Shown here one piece after another: positions 25,754-32,000 of a stretch of DNA of 32,000 bases. The notes under the pieces are model-generated. The model ran no database searches. It saw only the letters and a program-made list of their open reading frames with translations, and was not told the DNA's origin. Source of the DNA: Formosa sp. Hel1_33_131 (GTDB lineage: Bacteria; Bacteroidota; Bacteroidia; Flavobacteriales; Flavobacteriaceae). The stretch is taken from the NCBI RefSeq assembly GCF_001735745.1, contig NZ_CP017260.1, positions 420,001 to 452,000 on the forward strand, given 5' to 3'. The translations under genes were made by a program, and so were the position numbers. The number at the start of each line of letters is the position of its first letter. Positions within the stretch are counted from its first letter, which is position 1.

Positions 25754-26736
25754 TGACTAATGTTCAGAATATAGCTGAATTATGGGATGAGGAACAGCCT
25801 AGTTATGAAAGATTAGGAGCACTCGTTAGTTCATTCATTAAAGATATTATTACAGATTACGAAATATTACCAGAGATTCATTATAGAACCAAGGAGCTAT
25901 TAAGCATAATAAAAAAGATAAAGAAAAAGAAAGTTCAGAAAGAATACTCTTATCAAGACTTAAAGGATAAATTAGGAATTCGTATAATTTGCACATTTCA
26001 AGAAGAAATGGATATTATTGATGAATTCCTTAAAGAAAACTTTGTCATTGTAAATGCAGAATATAAACTAGACAATTTAGATTTTAATAAACTTGGCTAT
26101 ATTTCTAATCATTATGATGCCAAAATAAATTGCATAATAAAAGGGTTTGAACAGTTTACAGAACTTAATAATTACATTTTTGAAATTCAGGTGAGGACAC
26201 TTAATCAACACGCATGGTCAAACGCTGCCCATTCACTTTCTTATAAGCAGGAATCAGAACTCCCCATTAAATTAAAAAGAAAAGTATATCGCCTACTTTC
26301 ATTGTATGAGCTTGCAGATGATGAATTTTCCAGTGTTAATGAAGTATTAAAGAAACAACATCAAAGTAACCCAACTTATGCATTACTAAAAAAATTAGAA
26401 GGTAAATTTTATAAATACGCAAAATTTGATTACGATAGGGAAATATCATTAAAGGATATAAACACCATACTAAATTACTTTGAAACAGAAAATGAACGGC
26501 AAGAATTAATCAATGATATTAATAATTTTATTATAAATAACGAGCAAAAAATTCAAAGAATTTATGAAGAAAATAGAGGTCGATACCACAAAATACTATT
26601 CCTGACTCAACCTGAAATTTTCATTATTTGGTATATGCTCCAAAACAATACTTTTACAATAGAAGATAATTGGGACAGCGATTTTGATAGCGAAGATATT
26701 GAACAAATTAAAACCCTCTGGGGAAATGAACTATAA
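25753..26736 (+). CDS. Stand-alone RelA/SpoT-domain nucleotidyltransferase (small alarmone synthetase / toxSAS-like) with an uncharacterised C-terminal extension of about 140 aa (cassette gene B)
   Basis: All synthetase motifs are present in order: YRTKELLSIIKK (RxKxxxSxxxK), DKLGIRII (D-x-x-G-x-R), GYISNHYD (GYxSxH) and FEIQVRTLNQHAWSNAAHSLSYK (E-x-Q-x-RT..QH.W....H...YK). There is no HD hydrolase, TGS or ACT domain. I use the ATG at 25753 (TAATG junction) rather than the TTG at 25747 in the ORF track. Confidence 0.8.
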   Translation: MTNVQNIAELWDEEQPSYERLGALVSSFIKDIITDYEILPEIHYRTKELLSIIKKIKKKKVQKEYSYQDLKDKLGIRIICTFQEEMDIIDEFLKENFVIVNAEYKLDNLDFNKLGYISNHYDAKINCIIKGFEQFTELNNYIFEIQVRTLNQHAWSNAAHSLSYKQESELPIKLKRKVYRLLSLYELADDEFSSVNEVLKKQHQSNPTYALLKKLEGKFYKYAKFDYDREISLKDINTILNYFETENERQELINDINNFIINNEQKIQRIYEENRGRYHKILFLTQPEIFIIWYMLQNNTFTIEDNWDSDFDSEDIEQIKTLWGNEL

Positions 26737-26739
26737 GAT

Positions 26740-27789
26740 ATGTTAGATTTTACTAATTGCAACATAGGCAACGTGATTGCCCATCAAATTGGAAATAAAA
26801 CCAATAAAGAAGGTATTATTATCTCAAATTTATTACTTGATACAAATGACCCAAGATTGAGGGAACTATTGATTAAATACTTTTTATTCCCATTCTCCAA
26901 TATGGAAGAGTTTTATTCATTTACTTTTTCTGATGGGAATTTTAACTTGAACCCGTTATATCAACTTACAAGTGATGTGTTTTCAAACGAGGGTAACTTC
27001 ATAGAAATAAGTAAAAGTATCGCTCAACATTTATACGAAGTATCGCTACACCCACAAATTAAGGCTGGAGATTTATTCGTCTCAACTTTTAATAATATTA
27101 AAGTTGATAATATATTGGTAAATGGTTTTGGTGTTTTCAAGTCTGAAAATAGACAACAATTTTTAAAATTAAATAAAAAGTCAAATGAATTTGCTTTAAA
27201 TTATGATGATGGTATCAATATTGAAAAACTTGACAAAGGATGTCTAATCTTAAATATAGGAAAAGAAAAAGGATACAAGGTTTATGTTATTGACAAATCT
27301 AATAAATCAAGTGAAGCTCAATACTGGAAAGATTTTTTTCTAAATATTCGACCTACTAAGACTGGATACCATCTTACAAATCAATTTCTAGGAATAGCGA
27401 AACAATTCGTGACAGAGCAATTAATAGAAGAATTTGAAGTAAATAAAACTGACCAAATTGATTTATTAAATCGCTCTGTAGATTATTTCAAAACTAACGA
27501 TAAATTTGAAAAAGAAGACTTTGAAAAATCAGTTTTTCAAAGTGAGGAGTTAATAAAATCTTTTAGAAGTTTCGATAACTCATATAGAGATAATAACGAT
27601 ATAGAACTTGCAAATAGTTTTGACATATCTTCACAAGCAGTAAAAAAGCAAGTTAGGGCTTTTAAAAAAGTATTGAAACTTGACAAGAATTTTCACATTT
27701 ACATACACGGAAATAAAGAACTAATAGAACAAGGAGTGGAAAAAGATGGTAGAAAATATTATAAAATTTATTATAATGATGAGAGTTAA
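26740..27789 (+). CDS. NdpA/YejK (NA37)-family nucleoid-associated protein, Bacteroidota type (cassette gene C)
   Basis: 349 aa. It has N-terminal IGNVIAHQIGNKTNKEG, a central SIAQHLYEVSLHPQIKAGDLFV, YWKDFFLNIRP and C-terminal LKLDKNFHIYIHGNKELIEQG...KYYKIYYNDE. These match my memory of Bacteroidota proteins annotated as nucleoid-associated protein (PF04245). The start is 3 nt after the gene B stop. Confidence 0.65.
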   Translation: MLDFTNCNIGNVIAHQIGNKTNKEGIIISNLLLDTNDPRLRELLIKYFLFPFSNMEEFYSFTFSDGNFNLNPLYQLTSDVFSNEGNFIEISKSIAQHLYEVSLHPQIKAGDLFVSTFNNIKVDNILVNGFGVFKSENRQQFLKLNKKSNEFALNYDDGINIEKLDKGCLILNIGKEKGYKVYVIDKSNKSSEAQYWKDFFLNIRPTKTGYHLTNQFLGIAKQFVTEQLIEEFEVNKTDQIDLLNRSVDYFKTNDKFEKEDFEKSVFQSEELIKSFRSFDNSYRDNNDIELANSFDISSQAVKKQVRAFKKVLKLDKNFHIYIHGNKELIEQGVEKDGRKYYKIYYNDES

Positions 27790-27866
27790 CCTCCTGTGCA
27801 AAGCCTCCCTAGTTAGCGCAACTAAGCTTAGTCAAAGTCATTAGGTAAAATTAGAAAAACAACAAA

Positions 27867-28640
27867 ATGAAAACAACCTTATCAATCATATTTTTATTCA
27901 TTTCAATGTTAACTTTTGGGCAAGAGAAATGGACTTATCAAAATGATAATATTTATAAAATTAACAAAGTTAAAGCTCGAAAGTGGTTTAATGGAAACAA
28001 ACTAACCGCAACAACCTTTTACAATAAAGAGGGACAAATGATAAAATTTCAGCACGAGCCATTTCTTGGCGGTGAGCAAAGAACTATTTATTTTGAGTAT
28101 AATGAAAAAGGGAAATTGATAAATCAAGTGGACACAACACGAAATATCAAACCTGATAAAAAGGCTTTAAAAAAATTAAAAAAAATGGGACTTGATTTAT
28201 CATCAAATTTCAGAAATAACAGACCAGAAATTGAAGTCTTGAAATTTAATATTGAATACGAAGATGACAAACTTATCAAATTAACTAAATTCAATGCTAA
28301 CGGGACATTAAACACCGTAGATCATTTTGAGAACAATGGACGAAAGCAAGTTCGTGAATGGTACAGAAATGGAGAAAAATATCAAGAAAGTATTACAGAA
28401 TACATAGATGACTTTCACAAAGAAAAATACTATGGTTGGGAAATTAGACCTAATCTTGAAAAGAGTAAGTGGAATTACTCTTTTGAATATGTATACGAAA
28501 ATGGAATAATAAAAGAGTTTACTCGATTCGATAATGGGCAAAAGAAAGAAACCACCAAGATGGAATATGATAATAATGGACTTTTAATTAAAGCTATTTA
28601 TTACACGACTGAAAGATTCGAATATGAATATTATAAATAA
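27867..28640 (+). CDS. Secreted hypothetical protein with degenerate YD/Rhs-like (or YwqK/MORN-like) repeats
   Basis: 257 aa with a signal peptide (IIFLFISMLTFGQE). It has recurring Y-x-Y-(D/N/E)-x-x-G-x-L-I units: YFEYNEKGKLINQ, IEYEDDKLIKLTKFNANGTL, YVYENGIIKEF and MEYDNNGLLIKAIYY. It is AT-rich like the cassette. Confidence 0.5.
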   Translation: MKTTLSIIFLFISMLTFGQEKWTYQNDNIYKINKVKARKWFNGNKLTATTFYNKEGQMIKFQHEPFLGGEQRTIYFEYNEKGKLINQVDTTRNIKPDKKALKKLKKMGLDLSSNFRNNRPEIEVLKFNIEYEDDKLIKLTKFNANGTLNTVDHFENNGRKQVREWYRNGEKYQESITEYIDDFHKEKYYGWEIRPNLEKSKWNYSFEYVYENGIIKEFTRFDNGQKKETTKMEYDNNGLLIKAIYYTTERFEYEYYK

Positions 28641-28653
28641 CATTCCCCTGCTG

Positions 28654-28690
28654 CCGCACGAATCCTTTCGTGTGGTTCGTACAAAAAACT
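28654..28690. repeat. Direct repeat copy 1 (hairpin plus conserved tail)
   Basis: ccgcacgaa-tcc-tttcgtgtgg followed by ttcgtacaaaaaact. The 30-nt segment aatcctttcgtgtggttcgtacaaaaaact (28661-28690) matches 30095-30123 with one indel and one substitution. Confidence 0.65.
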
Positions 28691-28806
28691 AATACCAATA
28701 TAAAGGACTGACTGCATCAAACCTTCAATTTCGTACAACAGCAAAGCCAATTTTCGGAACGATTTTTGAGACAGAAATTGTGTTGAATTCTACAAATAAT
28801 AAATAC

Positions 28807-29871
28807 ATGAAAAACAAGAAAAAAGTACGCATTCTCACCCTAGATGGCGGAGGCATTAGAGGCATCATTCCTGCTACTATTATTAAATACATCGAGGAAT
28901 ATCTAGAGAAAAAAATACCCGGAACCACTATTGCCGATCACTTTGACTTTATTTCTGGAACGAGTACGGGAGGCATCCTAACCGCTCTTTACTTAACCCC
29001 TCAGGATGGAGATCACACCAAAGCAAAATATGCTGCTTCAGAGGCATTGGATTTTTATGTAAAAGAAGGCTACGGTATTTTTAACGCCTCAAAGATTAGT
29101 AATTGGAAACGATTGTGGGGACTCAGAAGTGCGACCTTGTTTAGCCCTCGAAATTTAGAAAATTTACTTCAAAAGAAATTTGGAGACCTTCTGATCAGTG
29201 CGCTCATAAAACCCTGCCTTATTACCACTTATAATATGAATACCAAATCTTCTTTCTTTTTTACAAGCAATGAAGACACTTCTAAAAGGGAATTTTATGT
29301 ACGGGACGTTTTACGGTCAACCTCAGCAGCGCCAACCTACTTTCCTCCAGCAAAAATAAAAAATATGGCAGCAAACGTCCAAGAAAATAAGGCGTTGGCT
29401 GAAATGATAAATTTGGACGGAGGCGTATTTGCCAACAACCCTACAATGTGTGCATACGCAGAAGCTAGAAACACAAACTTTAAAGACCGAAATAACAATG
29501 AACCCTCCGCAAGTGATATGTACATTTTATCCATTGGTACAGGCGGAGGCGGCTTTGAACTTCAGCAAAAAGAAAAAAGCGCTAATTGGAGTCTTTTAAC
29601 ATGGGCAAAGACCATCCCAGATATTATGATGGATGGAAGTATTGATACCGTAGCGTTTCAAATGAATGAGATCAATGGAACCCTCCAGCCGAATGATCCT
29701 GGGGCCTATATGCGGATTGATACGCCAACAGAAGATCAAAATTACGCTGCTGACATGTCTGATGCTTCGCCAGAAAACATTAAAAAACTGATGAATGCCG
29801 GTATCAAAACTCTGGAATACGCAAAAGCAAATGGTTTGGATGACTTTCTAGATGGGCTTATAGATCAATAA
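28807..29871 (+). CDS. Patatin-like phospholipase
   Basis: It has the oxyanion motif ILTLDGGGIRGI, the nucleophile elbow GTSTGG (GxSxG) and the catalytic Asp motif DGGVFANNP. I prefer the ATG at 28807 (MKNKKKVRIL...) to the GTG at 28780 in the ORF track. Confidence 0.85.
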   Translation: MKNKKKVRILTLDGGGIRGIIPATIIKYIEEYLEKKIPGTTIADHFDFISGTSTGGILTALYLTPQDGDHTKAKYAASEALDFYVKEGYGIFNASKISNWKRLWGLRSATLFSPRNLENLLQKKFGDLLISALIKPCLITTYNMNTKSSFFFTSNEDTSKREFYVRDVLRSTSAAPTYFPPAKIKNMAANVQENKALAEMINLDGGVFANNPTMCAYAEARNTNFKDRNNNEPSASDMYILSIGTGGGGFELQQKEKSANWSLLTWAKTIPDIMMDGSIDTVAFQMNEINGTLQPNDPGAYMRIDTPTEDQNYAADMSDASPENIKKLMNAGIKTLEYAKANGLDDFLDGLIDQ

Positions 29872-29883
29872 GTTCTCTTACGT

Positions 29884-30096
29884 ATGAAACCTGTTAACAA
29901 TCCAATTTTTAATTATACCGAATTCGGTACAATTAAAAATCAAGTGGGATTAAACCGTTTTACGCTCTCTGTTAAAAAATGGATTAATGCTACAAATACG
30001 ATTGGAGTAGCTGCGAAAACAGGTAGATATGGAGGAACTTATGCTCATTCAGACATCGCTCGCTCTCGCACGAAATCGAAGATTCAACGAAGTTAA
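29884..30096 (+). pseudogene. KilA-N domain gene fragment, truncated at both ends
   Basis: The 70-aa ORF contains FTLSVKKWINATNTIGVAAKTGRYGGTYAHSDIA. This matches the conserved core of Bacteroidota KilA-N proteins (..F.LS...WI..TNAIGI..K.GRYGGT.AH.DIA.EF..). Full-length proteins are far longer. Similarity stops at about 30060, where repeat copy 2 begins. Confidence 0.6.
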
Positions 30097-30123
30097 TCTT
30101 TCGTGTGGTTAGTACAAAAAACT
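30067..30123. repeat. Direct repeat copy 2 (same stem with a 23-nt expanded loop, plus the conserved tail)
   Basis: cgcacgaaa (30067-30075), a 23-nt loop, tttcgtgtgg (30099-30108), then ttagtacaaaaaact. See copy 1. Confidence 0.65.
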
Positions 30124-30132
30124 CCGCTATCT

Positions 30133-32000
<1,868 letters not shown>

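Larger units (their letters stand above)
24249..30132. other. Accessory block between idi and ligA (candidate defence/TA island with a mobile-element relic)
   Basis: None of the six ORFs in this block is housekeeping. My spot counts of 60-nt lines gave about 23-30% G+C inside 24.7-28.3 kb, versus about 35% in queD, 43% in the patatin gene and 48% in ligA. The block contains a truncated KilA-N gene and an imperfect direct repeat. Confidence 0.55.

Noticed and set aside
25753-26736. Gene B as the housekeeping (p)ppGpp synthetase/hydrolase Rel/SpoT
   Set aside because: It is only about 327 aa and lacks the HD hydrolase, TGS and ACT/RRM regions. Its location in an AT-rich accessory block argues against a core stringent-response role.
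27821-27832. 12-nt perfect palindrome actaagcttagt between gene C and the secreted-protein gene (possible operator)
   Set aside because: Several perfect 12-nt palindromes are expected by chance in a window of this size. It has no loop for a hairpin and no second copy.
24621-28655. Possible island-border repeats: ctagttagc at about 24621 and about 27809, and gcaggggaa at about 24632 inverted at about 28644
   Set aside because: These are only 9-nt matches, and chance occurrence in 32 kb on both strands is not negligible. They are not enough to call terminal repeats.
28807-29871. Patatin gene as the CapV effector of a CBASS operon
   Set aside because: No CD-NTase (cGAS/DncV-like cyclase), Cap2/Cap3 or other CBASS component is present in the window, so a CBASS call is unsupported.

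Overview
The window looks like a chromosomal segment of a low-GC Bacteroidota genome, most likely a marine Flavobacteriaceae. Support: two proteins with T9SS C-terminal sorting domains, TAnnTTTG-type -7 boxes, a lipoprotein with a DUF4369-like N-terminus, and hairpin-rich intergenic repeats.

Most of the window is ordinary housekeeping. Genes include a FAH-family enzyme, a DEDDh exonuclease, a 2-oxoacid dehydrogenase E2, a GT2, recR, a sodium:solute symporter, a TonB-dependent-type receptor, fabH, htpG, alkB-like, manA, queD, idi and ligA.

The main result is an accessory block of about 5.9 kb between idi and ligA (about 24.25-30.13 kb). Its left part is visibly more AT-rich than the flanks. 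That part carries a tightly coupled three-gene cassette: an NdpA/YejK (NA37)-like protein, a stand-alone RelA/SpoT-type nucleotidyltransferase with all synthetase motifs intact, and a second NA37-like protein. A secreted YD-repeat-like protein follows the cassette. Next comes a module with host-like GC, bracketed by an imperfect direct repeat, that holds a patatin-like phospholipase and a truncated KilA-N gene relic.

I propose the cassette as a candidate toxSAS-like toxin-antitoxin or anti-phage system. I do not recognise this architecture as described, and the idea rests on motif reading only. It needs HMM or structure searches and experiments.

Secondary observations:
- Two paralogous BNR/Asp-box T9SS proteins of about 2.5-3 kb flank a symporter in direct orientation, and one carries an extra domain of about 150 aa.
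- A 22-bp perfect inverted repeat encloses nested hairpins downstream of htpG.
- A duplicated terminator/promoter segment surrounds a GC-rich structured element.

I found no rRNA, tRNA, CRISPR array, transposase or integrase.
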